Assembly: GCA_037447605.1 (NCBI GenBank)
Contig: CM074810.1
Location: 2,700,880 to 2,764,879, forward strand
Source of the DNA: Zygnema circumcarinatum SAG 698-1b
Taxonomy: Eukaryota; Plantae; Zygnematophyceae
Length of the DNA stretch: 64,000 nt
Reading direction: 5' to 3'
Below the pieces are notes generated by a model that was given only the letters and a program-made list of their open reading frames with translations, was not told where the DNA came from and did no database searches. Positions 1-10,528 of the stretch are shown here, in pieces; within the stretch, counting starts at the first letter, position 1, and every line of letters begins with the position of its first letter. Position numbers and translations under genes: made by a program.

Positions 1-758
1 CAAAACATTAATATACCTAATTGGATTTAAAAATAAAATAAACAGAGTGAATAATACTCCATAATTTGACATTTCTGTTTCATTTCTCAAAAAAAACAAA
101 ATAAGAAAGAAAGAATGGGGTATTTTAATGTGGAGCCTGAAACTGCTCTCTCCTCAGCAACCCAAATAAGCCGAAACAGTGCTGGTCACATGCATCAAAT
201 ATCAGTAAAAAAATTTGACTGAAACTGTTACAAGCCCCATTATCACGGAACTTCAACAGAAACAGTCACATAGAACCACAACGATGTGCCCTCAACCCAT
301 GTCCATGCTCCATTACATCCACACACGAGCGTTTCCGTGCACACGAACAACCAGTAACCAGTTCCGTTACGCGTTCCATTAAACCGGACAGTTTCCATAA
401 AATCTGGAGCATGTAACCTGTAGTTTTTGTCCCTCTTTTTGCCAATTGCGACAAATTTCCGAATCGAAATTCTGGCGAGCCTTGAAGCTCGCCATCATCA
501 TGGAAAGACAATTATTGCTCCTCCGTCGTCTGCGGAGCCTACGCAGTCACATGCTCCAGTTCCGACGAACTTCCGTTCCGTAAAACACAAAGCGGCAATT
601 GACCACCTGCATGGATCGACCGCCTCCATGCACGCATGCATACTGACGTGGCAGCCGTAACCCATGCAGCCGTTCAATTGCCCCCGTGACCTATCCGTAC
701 ACTTCACATTCTATCCACATTCTTAGGGTTTAAGAAGAGGGTTCAGGAGCCCATTTTC

Positions 759-2039
759 TTAAGCTCGGAGAATCGCACCAATTGGGGTACTAGTCTGCTG
801 CGAGTCCACCACCATGGAGTCCACCTTCCACGAGTTTTCCTCCTCTGGGCTTAAAACGTGGAGCAGGATTCCACCTCCCCTTCCGGCCCTTGCAACCGGC
901 GACTCAATGACCCCCAATTTGCCGCCCTTGAGCCCAAAAATGCGGAAAGTTTGCTTCCACAAATGATGGGGGGCGGCTCCCGAACTGACTCCATGTGGCA
1001 AATTCACCAAATGTTCCCAACTGCAATCTTGAGCGTTGTGCCTGACTACCGTTGGAACCCATTCATTGGTCAAACTGAAATTTTGCGATTTTGCGACCGC
1101 ATAGACCGTCCCCCCCAAAGTGGTCACCGACTGAACCACTTGCAAGGCCGACTGCCGGGCGGCAAAGGGCTCCACAGTGTGCCACTTGTCATCATCCACG
1201 TCGTACACGTGTGCACGTTGGATCATTCCAGACGTCCCAATCACGTTCTGAACGAAGCAGACGGATTCCCCCAACGAGTAGGCGCCACCTGGCGTCTGCC
1301 ACGCGTCCTGCGGAACGTCCTTCCCCTCTCGCCACGTGGCCAGTATCGGATCCAGAATCTCCACAGATTTCGTAGCTCTGACGCCCTCGGATCCTGCGAT
1401 GATGACGTGCCCAGAATCGGATACGGCCACCATGGGCTGCAGTCTTCCTTGTCGCATGGGCGGCATCCGACGCCACGTGTACTGCCACGTGTCAAAGGCC
1501 CAGACCTCCTTGCTCAGATTGCGCCACGTGTCCCCTCCATCCCCGCCTCCGCCAATCAGCAGCAGCTGGGTCCCGACTCCGACGCAGGCGTACCCATGGA
1601 ACGCCTCCCAGTTCCCCGTCATCTGCAACGGTAACGGCGGCATATAGCAGCTCTCGCCGCTCCCCAAATCGATCAGTTTGAACGCCAAATGGACTTCGCC
1701 GCCCAGTCTCCGCTCGCCAACGCAGACACACACGAGCTCGTCCACCAATCCCAGGCTGCCACGTGTCTCATGAAGCTCCTTAGAGGCCAGGGCCTGCCGC
1801 CACGTGTGACACGTCTGGCGGGCGGCAGAGCGCTGCACGAAGGGGACACGTGCCAGGCATTTTAGGGCGACCTCGTCAGGGAGCCCAGGAATGATGCCAC
1901 GTGGCATATCGGACGGCTTAGAGGAGGAGGGGTCCGCCACGCTGGGCAGGGGGGGAGACGGCCGCGGGCGAGGGGCCTTGCGGGAGGGTCCACCAATGAC
2001 TCGCTGACGCGTGGAGGCCTTCCCTCGGTTGGCCGCCAT
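759..2039 (-). CDS. F-box/kelch-repeat protein (copy 1), intronless, 426 aa
   Basis: F-box motif IPGLPDEVALKCLARVP followed by kelch-like blades (LLLIGG, WRRMPPMRQGR, WREGKDVP). Likely start is MAANRG at 2039; the upstream 257 aa of the supplied ORF are a translated CT-rich tract. TAA at 759-761. Confidence 0.9.
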   Translation of the reverse strand: MAANRGKASTRQRVIGGPSRKAPRPRPSPPLPSVADPSSSKPSDMPRGIIPGLPDEVALKCLARVPFVQRSAARQTCHTWRQALASKELHETRGSLGLVDELVCVCVGERRLGGEVHLAFKLIDLGSGESCYMPPLPLQMTGNWEAFHGYACVGVGTQLLLIGGGGDGGDTWRNLSKEVWAFDTWQYTWRRMPPMRQGRLQPMVAVSDSGHVIIAGSEGVRATKSVEILDPILATWREGKDVPQDAWQTPGGAYSLGESVCFVQNVIGTSGMIQRAHVYDVDDDKWHTVEPFAARQSALQVVQSVTTLGGTVYAVAKSQNFSLTNEWVPTVVRHNAQDCSWEHLVNLPHGVSSGAAPHHLWKQTFRIFGLKGGKLGVIESPVARAGRGGGILLHVLSPEEENSWKVDSMVVDSQQTSTPIGAILRA

Positions 2040-2059
2040 TGGTCCACGTGGCAGGAGGC

Positions 2060-2530
2060 GCCAGCATGGAGAGGGTGAGGGACCAGAGAAGGGAGGGAGG
2101 GAGAGGAAGATGGAAGAGAGGGAGTGGGAGGGAGGAGTGGGAGGGAATGGAAGGAGGGGGGGGGTGTTGGTGTGGGAAGTGAGGGGAGAGGAGGGTGAGT
2201 ATGTGACAGACGGAAGGGTGGTGGGAGGGAGAGGGGGAAAGGGGTGAGGGAGAGGGAGAGAGAGAAAGGGGAGGGGGTGAGAAGGGAGAAGGGGGTAGGG
2301 ACAGGGCGAGAGGGAGATAGAGTGAAGGGTTGAGTGAAAGGAAGGGGGGAGAGTGAGAGGGGAGGGAGATGAAGAGAGAGGGAGGACGAGAGAGAAAGGG
2401 AGCGGAAGAGGAAGGAAGACGTAGGGAGAGGGAGGTAGAGAGAAGGGAGGGAGGGTAGGGGAGGGAGAGAGAGAGGGAGAAGGCGAAGGAGAGGGAGGGC
2501 GGGAGGGCGGGAGGGCGGGGGGGAGGGTGG
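2060..2530. repeat. GA-rich polypurine/polypyrimidine tract (5' UTR or promoter of F-box/kelch 1)
   Basis: Almost exclusively G/A on the + strand. Confidence 0.85.
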
Positions 2531-4726
2531 AGGGGCGGCACGTTTCGCGCGGTGGCGGGGGCGGCAGGAGGCCCCCCTGTGGGAGTGACGTCACGCCACC
2601 GCCGCGCAGCGGATCTGCTTTGTCGGCGGCAACCCTCTGCGCGCCGACAGGGCCAGCGGGCCCTGCCCAGGGCCGCGGGCAAGGTGAAACAAGGGAGAAT
2701 ATTCCCATCGTGGTCCGAAGGCAGAGAAATAAAATAATATAATCATGTATTCTGTGTCGTGGCACTCCTCCAATGGCCGAAGCTTCTAAAACATCACAAA
2801 TATGATCCACATGCGTCCTTACGGGCAGGCTCGGAAAAACTAATTGGCATTTTTAGAACAGTCCTAGTCACGTGAATCGTATGGGCCGTACGGTCCACGT
2901 GGCAGACGGAGCAGCCGTCGGTTCGGGCCCACGATCCGGTCGGCAGCGAACTGGCGCCACGTGGCGGGCGAGCACTGGCTGCCTCAAGCCGCCGCCGACC
3001 AGGTGCGACCTGCCGACATTTCCTACTGTTCCTCGTAAGTCGTACGGACAGCCGCCAACTGATGCCGGGCGGCCAGGGGCCCCCGGGGAAGCGACAAAAT
3101 GTCGGTGCCCGTAGACAAATGATTTTTGTCCCTACATTTTTTGCTGAACAGTAATGCTAAGTCGGGAAGTGAAAGAGAGCCAATAGCAGGAAGAAACGTG
3201 GCCCTGGTCATGTCACGATTTTGTCGTGTTCGAGGAGTTTGGACCACTGGTGTCTTGTAAATAACGCCAGCCACCGACCACTATTTTGTCGTTGAGTAAA
3301 AGGTTGAAGCCACGTAGGACTGAGACTCCACGGATGTGGTGCCACGTATGCTAGACGACAAGATTTTACACGAGCGATCTGGAGGCCCAACAGGGAACGG
3401 CCAAAAATCAATTTTTTACTGTTCGCGAAACTGCCCGCGCTGATGACGTGGCATGTCGGCACGCGGCAACTGGCGGTCGGTGCAGGCCCTCCGGCGCGAG
3501 AAGTCGGTCAGGCGTGACGTTACGTTATGTGACGTCAGCACGCAATCATGGGACCATGTGGTTTTGACTCTTTGCTAGCTACTTCTTTAGTCAATTCTGA
3601 CTAAACTGTTTGGGGTTTAGGGTTTAGGGTTTTAGGGTTGTAGGATCGAGGGTTTTAAGGTTTGAGGTTGTTAGGTTTAGGAATAATTAGTTTTGGGTAG
3701 TGTTATTTCTATAGATCCGTATGTATCAAACGCGTGTATTAATACACTGTATAATACATGCGTATTATACAACATTTTAAAAATACAGTGTATTTTTAAT
3801 GTATTTAACGTATTTTTTTTATTTTCGTGGTTAGTTGAACAAAATTTGATTATAATATTGAAATTCCAGCACTTGCCAAGTCACGTCACTTGCCAAACAC
3901 TCAACACGTGTGACTTGCTCCGTACACGTTCGTACACTCATTCCGTACATAATTTCCGTACGGGTCTATGTTCCGATTGTACGGCTGTTAACAGTTGCGT
4001 TAAGGTATTATACAGTGTATAATACAGTATTAATACTGTATTATACATTGTATCGAAGCTCAAAGTGTATAATACGGATCTATAGTTATTTCCATCCCTT
4101 TTTTGGATCAAAACATCCCTTCTCGGCCGAGCAGATTTTGAAAAGGCTTAAAAACGGAAATGCTTTTTCCACACCTTTTTAAAATCGATACAACACCGTT
4201 TTCCGTCGGGCAGGTTGTATCTTACAAAAAAAAGGTCGAAACCCTAAAGAGTGCGTCCGCCTGCCACAAGCTGTACAGTACCCCCCCCCTAATATTTTCG
4301 CCATGGTTTCAGCAAATATTGGGCGAAAATCTTGGAATTGGAAAATATAAGGAAGTCCGTGTTAACAATAGGCGGGCGGTATTATGTTAGAGTCCGACCT
4401 GCGGCCGTACTGTTTCTCTCTGTACGGAGGCGCATAGCCGCCCGGCGGGTCCTGTCGCGAGCTCCTATTGGTGCCCAACATTTAGCTACACGAGCTCCGA
4501 TTGGTGCCGTACATATACCGTACAATTCAGTAATTTGATCCGTACTTGCCGTACAGCAGAATAGCGTGACCCATGGTCGAAATCCGTTTCGATTAACAGA
4601 TTTTATATTGAAAACTAGGTAATACATTAACACAGAGTTACCGTACGAAAAGTTGTTTCCTCAAAATCAGGTCGAATTTCTTGGGTAACGCAAGTACTAG
4701 GGTGGAAAATATTAGGGGGGCGTACT

Positions 4727-4826
4727 NNNNNNNNNNNNNNNNNNNNNNNNNNNNNNNNNNNNNNNNNNNNNNNNNNNNNNNNNNNNNNNNNNNNNNNNNN
4801 NNNNNNNNNNNNNNNNNNNNNNNNNN
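4727..4826. other. 100-N scaffold gap. Additional 10-N gaps at 32009-32018, 37627-37636, 53409-53418, 54680-54689, 55842-55851 and 57782-57791
   Basis: Runs of n in the sequence. Several fall at or near exon boundaries, so coding sequence may be missing. Confidence 0.99.
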
Positions 4827-5316
4827 GAGAGCAGAGAGTTTCTTCAGCCGTTTTGGGAGGCGACGAGGAGGCAGAGGGAGGGGTGGGAGAACATGCAGGT
4901 GAGAGTTTCATTTTGGCTTCCCCCTCTCTCTATCTCCTCTTTCTCTCCTCTTTCTCTCTCTCTGTGTCTCTCTCTCCCCCCTTGTCTCTCTCTCGCTCCC
5001 CTTCTTCCGCTAATTCCCCGTCTCTCTCCCTCTCTCCCATTCTCTCCCTCTCTCTCCTTCTCTCTCCCTCTCTCTCTCCTTCTCTCACTCTTCTCTTTCT
5101 CTCTCTCTGTGTGTGTCTCTCTCACTCCAGCCTTGTCTCTCTCTCGCTCCCCTTCTCTCGCTTTCTCCCCTTCTCTCTCTCTCCTTCTCTCTCTCTCTCT
5201 CTCTCCTCTCTCTCTCCTCTCTCTCTGTGTCTCTCTCTCTCCCCCATTGTCTCTCTCTCGCTCCCCTTCTCTCGCTTTCTCCCCTTCTTTCTCCCTCTCT
5301 CTCGCTTCTCTCTCTC

Positions 5317-5370
<54 letters not shown>

Positions 5371-6048
5371 CCCTGGCCCTCCTTCAATTATTAATATTTC
5401 TTATTCATCGTGGGTGGGTGTCATTGGGTCTGTCAGGAGACTCTTCTCGAAACAGCCGGTCTCACTTCTTCCGTAGAACAGTTCAAGACTGAAATTTTGT
5501 GGCACAATTTTCCGGACAATTTCGTCTATTCCAAGCCATGGATCGACCGGGCAGAACGCAAAATCTTCTGCCAAGCGAGGCTCGTTCCTCAAGGCAAGTA
5601 CAAACTTTCGGGCAGCGTTTGGCTGAAGCTAAAAAGTGCCGAAGCAGTGCATGCAGATCTTTCTCTATCTTCAGAAATCGACGAATCCGGTTCAGATGTG
5701 AACACCCCCCCGCAAGAAAAAACTGGAAACTACCTCGAACCAAAAACCAAGTTTTTGAGAGTGGCTGCGAGTGTGAACGAACGAATGTTCCAAAAAGCGC
5801 TCTCGAACTGCAGTGAAACTGTTCGAATTCGGTACGAAAAGACCGGAAAAAAGGTCAAATTTTTGGATGACAGAGTCGCAGACTCGGCCGTCGATTGGGT
5901 CGAATCGGACGTCGCAGTTTTGCCGTCGGAGGATGGGTCCGAGGTTCTATGTGTGCAGTCCCCAGTTGTGATGACGTCAGCAAGGGGCATGAACCCCCGG
6001 TTCGCGGGTATGCACTATGTGAAGGTTTGGACAAACACGCCTGGATAG
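4827..6048 (+). CDS. Unidentified protein, 5'-truncated by the gap; exons ~4827-4898 and 5478-6048
   Basis: Donor CAG|GTGAGA at 4899, CT-rich intron, and acceptor TTCCGTAG| at 5477 join in phase (…GVGEHA-E-QFKTEILWHNFPDNF…). About 190 codons of normal-complexity sequence end in AGMHYVKVWTNTPG*. The 3' end may be spliced further. Confidence 0.65.
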
Positions 6049-6970
6049 GACATGCAGTAAAAAGCCTTTGCTGGAGAATAGCAGAAGTACAGAAAGTTTT
6101 TTTGGATAAATTTGCTGTCAAAAAAATCTGAGATTGATCTATTTATAAATCTTTTTTTCTATTTTTTTTAGTTGTTTTATAAATAGAAGGAGAGGCGGAG
6201 TGTGCTAAAATTTGGAGGATGTGAGAGTTTGGGGAAACAGTTACTGCAAAGGACGCAGTTGTAATTTTTTTTTTTTTTGCAGTTCCGTTGTGGCTGGGAT
6301 CAACGGAACTGTAACAAACCTTCGCATGGAAACACTGTAACAGGACCAGTGAAGGGTTATTTGTGCAATAATTTGCCGTCAATTTCTGATTTTCTAGACT
6401 GATCTTATACCATACAAAACCCCAAAACCTGCATTTTTTCAAAGATTTGGAGAAATCTTTTATAGAAGGAATACCAAAACTAGGGGGCGGGATATCCAAA
6501 ATGGGGGGGGGGATGCGTTATCCTAAAACTCATTTTGGTCGGATGGTTGCTGTGGACCATCTGTGGTTCAATTTATTTTGTAGAAAGATTGGAAAAAAGG
6601 AGAAAATGAATTGTAGAAACCGAATTTTCTTTTTCAATCATAAAGTTGAACCCTCTTCTTCGCCTGAGAGCCGGGATCGAAACCTTCTCCAGTTGCCCCT
6701 CAGCCCCGGACTGTCCGTACACTTTCTATGCACCAACGGACCAGTTTCCTTCACGCGTCGGTTCCATGCCAGTATCGTGGCGTGTAACTGAACTAGGTTG
6801 ACATGGAGACGCATTCACTAGTCAACCTCCGATTGACTTCGTTCCGTACAGTCCATACGTTCGAGATTTCAACTTCTCCCCCTTCACCCTCCCCTTCCAA
6901 AATTGCATAGAGCCATAAAGGAGCAAATTTTCGATGTGGTGCTCCATGCACATAGCAATGGGCATGCCAG

Positions 6971-7160
6971 CATGTGGAGATGCCACGTGGTCATGCATCC
7001 ATGCATGCATGTGCATGTGGAGATACCACGTGGTTTGCATCCATCCTTGCATGCATGTGCATGTGGAAATGCCCGGGTCATGCATCCATCCATGCATACA
7101 TGCGCATGTGGAGATGCCACGTGGTCATGCATCCATCCACGCATGCATGTGCATGTGCAT
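6971..7160. promoter_or_regulatory. Four ~45-bp tandem units combining G-box (CACGTG) and RY (CATGCA) motifs
   Basis: Units start CATGTGGA at 6971, 7014, 7060 and 7105. CACGTG at 6984, 7027 and 7118; many CATGCA. The repeat is seen directly; regulatory function is inferred. Confidence 0.55.
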
Positions 7161-7483
7161 GTGCCTTCCAAATTTAGTCAGTTCATCCCCATGTGGCCAT
7201 CCGTTAACATCCAATGACCACTCGCCACGTGCACAAAACATGATAAATGGTCAAAAGGCCCTGCAAGGTGCCAAGCAGATCAAAGACTCCGAACCTCCCC
7301 CCGAACCTCCCCCGAGCCTCCCACATGACCTCCCCGGTCAACTAAAAGGTTCTCCGCTGCCTCTCTCCTGCCCGATCACAACATTTTCATCCCCTCGGGC
7401 AGCCCCACAAACATTTCCGCCCCTGCCCTTACGAACCCCACAGGGCCCCAGCCGCCTGCGCCCGCTCCCGTGCGCGGCCGTCC

Positions 7484-7597
7484 GTACACGTTGTACGGAC
7501 ACAGGGGTGACCACAAACTGGTCGCATGGTCCGTACAGGGACGTACGGTGACTAACGTCACTGTCTCAACCCGTACAGTACGAAAGTACGGCCGTAC
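7484..7597. promoter_or_regulatory. Cluster of 8 GTAC cores (SBP-box/CuRE-like, mostly CCGTAC or GTACGG)
   Basis: GTAC at 7484, 7493, 7533, 7543, 7573, 7578, 7586 and 7594, about 0.9 kb upstream of F-box/kelch 2. Confidence 0.45.
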
Positions 7598-8495
7598 AGG
7601 GCCAATGGGGAGGCCCGCCGACCAGACTGGGCGAGGGAGAGGGAGACGGGCCTGGTTCTGAGGGGCAATTAATACTGTGGGAGAGAGAGACTCGGGAGGG
7701 AGAGAGCGGGGGAGGGGGAGAGAGGGGGAGGGGGAGAGGGAGAGAGAGGGGGAGGGAGAGAGAGGGGGAGGGAGAGAGGGGGGAAAAGAGGGAGGGAGGG
7801 GAAGGGAGTGAGAAGGGGGAGAGGTAGGGGAAGGGAGGGAGAGACGACGAGAGACGAGGGAGAGGAGAGGGAGAGAGAAGGAGAGGAGAGAGGAGAGGAG
7901 AGGAGAGGAGAGAAGAGAGAGCGAAGCGAGAGGAGGAGATGACACGTGGTGTTTGGGCTGAGCTGGATGGGGGTTAGAGAATAAGGAGGGAGGGAGAGAG
8001 GAGGGTAGGGAAAGGATGGGAGGAGGTTGGGGGGAGGGAGGGAGACACAGTTCGTGCTCGCTTATGTAGTGGGATGCTCGGCCCTTGGTGGTGTCTCGCT
8101 CTCTCTCTTCCCCTCCTGTCTCTCTCCGCCTCCCTCCTTGTCTCTCTCCCACCCTGCGTCTCCCCGCTCTTGCCCTCGTGTCTCTTCCGCGATCTTGTCC
8201 CTCTTTTGTCTTCCCTCCCACCCTCGCTCACCTCCCCTCCTCTCTCTCTCCCTCTCCTTCTTTTCTCTCCTCTTCTTCCAGCACTCTCTAGCGTCCCGTC
8301 GTTCCTCTGCACTCCCTCCCTTCTTGCCTCCCTCCCTCTCCCTCCTCCCTCCCTCCCTCTCCCTCCTCGCTCCATCTCCATCCCTTTCCCTGTCTCTCCC
8401 TCTCCTTTTCCTTCCAGCTTTCCCCCTTCCCTCCGCCCTCTCCCACTCCTTCCTCCCCTCCCCCCTCCCCCCTCCCTCGCCCCCATGACCTTGAA

Positions 8496-10021
8496 ATGAG
8501 CCGCTCCGCCCGCAACCTCTCCCGCCCCAAAACCTCTCTCCCACGTCAGAAGCTCCCGCAACCGACCCATCCCAACCCGCCACGTGTTCCTGCCTCCTCT
8601 TCCCCTTCGCCACGTGTCCCTCCCTCCTCTTCTCCCCCTCTGCCACGTGTCCCCTCTCCCACTCCCGCAGCCCTGGCTCCCTCCGCCCTCATTCCCGGCC
8701 TCCCCCACGAAGTCGCGCTCAAATGCTTAGCGCGAATTCCCTTTGTTTTTCGGAGCTCTGCTCGGCAGACCTGCCGGGCATGGAGGGAGGCTCTCACTTC
8801 GCAAGAGCTTCACCAAATAAGGGGGGGAGCGAGCCTTTTCAGGGAACTCCTAGTGGTTTCCATGGGCCAGATTCACATCGAGGGGAAGCTTTATATAGGG
8901 TTCAAGGTCCTGGATGTGGGGCTGAGGGAGAGCTGCTCTCTGCCCCCTCTCCCGGTGTGGGAGGTGGGCTACTTTAACACCTTTGCAGGGTATGCTTGTG
9001 TGGGGGTTGGGGAATTTCTAGTCCTTGTGGGGGGGGGCGAGTTTTGCTCTGTGGACTCCGGAGAGATTTGGAGGAATTTGTTCAGAGGGGGGTGGGCCTT
9101 TGATACGGTGAAATATGTTTGGACCCGGCTGCCCGAAATGGAATTTTTGCGAATTCATCCCGCGGTGGGGGTGACGGAGGAGAGGGAGGAGGTGGTGCTG
9201 GCGGGCAGCGAAGGCGTGGGAGGAGTTCGGGCAGTCGAAATTTTTAATCTTAAAAATTGGGTCTGGAGGAGGGGCCGGGACGCGCCGGAGGAGTCGTGGC
9301 AGACCTCGGGGGGGGCCTACGTGGCAGGGGGAAGCCTCCACGTCATCCAGAACGTGATTGGCCGATCGGGGATGAGTCAGCGAGCACACGTGTACGAGTT
9401 AGCGGCTGACACGTGGCACACGGTGGAGCCTTTTGCTGCCACGCAGGCAGCAGCGCTCCAGGTCATCCAATCAGTGGCCAGGCTCGGCGCTGACGTGTAC
9501 GCAATCGCAAAGACGCAGTTCCATGGAACGCATCCCGCCATGGCGACGACCAATTGGGCGGCGACACTTGTCAAGCACAACGCTGTGAAGGGGCAGTGGG
9601 AGCACATAGAACTGCTGCCGATTCCGCAGCATAAGGACCCCCCGCTGCACCAGCTTTGGGGCCAAAATTTTGGCCTTTTTGCGGTGGAGGGAGAGAGGCT
9701 GTGTGTGGTAGAGGCGCCGCTGGGGGAGGAGGGAGAGGTGGAGGGAGGGAGCAAGCTGAAGGGCTGTCTCCTGCACGTGTTGAAGTTCGGGGAGGGAGGG
9801 AGGGAGGCAGGGAGGGAGGCAGGGAGGGAGGCAGGGAGGGAGGCAGGGAGGGAGGCAGGGAGGGAGGGAGGGAGGCAGGGAGGGAGGCAGGGAGGGAGGC
9901 AGAGAGGGAGGCGGAGAGGGAGGGAAGGAGGGAGGGAATCCAGGCGGCGGTGTGGGAGAGGCGCGCGGAGCGGTTGGGGGGCAACTGCGGGAGGCCGGTG
10001 GGAGCAGTGCTGGAGGTTTGA
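8496..10021 (+). CDS. F-box/kelch-repeat protein (copy 2) with an apparent frameshift in a GGGA repeat tract
   Basis: IPGLPHEVALKCLARIP F-box. Shares QNVIG.SGM.QRAHVY and WHTVEPFAA.Q with copy 1. The C-terminus homologous to copy 1 (…W…PVGAVLEV*) lies in another frame after the 9790-9945 repeat. Confidence 0.85.
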
Positions 10022-10435
10022 GGAGGATTCAAGGGTTCAGAGGAATTAGGGTTTGAGTGAACTTTAGGGTTCTAGATGAACTGTATAGAGACTGGTCTGA
10101 GAACAGTGCTACCTTCTGCCGACACGTGGCAGTGTGCAGCATGCTCTCAGAGAGCTCGACGTAGGAGCTATTAGGGTTCAAATGTAGGACGGAGAGGCGA
10201 GGAGGGGGTAATATAGGAGTAATTTTGTAGGTAATAGAGAGAAAGGTACGCGCACACTTCTCTGACTTCTCACTTCGCGAAGTGAAGAAGCACAGAGAAG
10301 TGTGTTGTCGAAGTAGGCAGAGAGGGAGCCCGTTCGAAGGAGAAAGGGCGACCAGAGGATTTAGGGTTTCAGCGTGCCAGGGTTTAGGGTTTAGCAGGGG
10401 CATGCTCGCAGTTCTGGCTGTGTGCAGACTGCGTT

Positions 10436-10438
<3 letters not shown>

Positions 10439-10527
<89 letters not shown>
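10439..10527. repeat. (AG)n microsatellite
   Basis: Perfect dinucleotide run. Confidence 0.95.

Positions 10528-10528
<1 letters not shown>

Noticed and set aside
858-1634. 258-aa + strand ORF
   Set aside because: Antisense shadow of the GC-rich F-box/kelch CDS.
2040-2810. 257-aa N-terminal extension of ORF 759..2810
   Set aside because: Translation of a CT-rich tract; homology and paralogue comparison point to the start at 2039.
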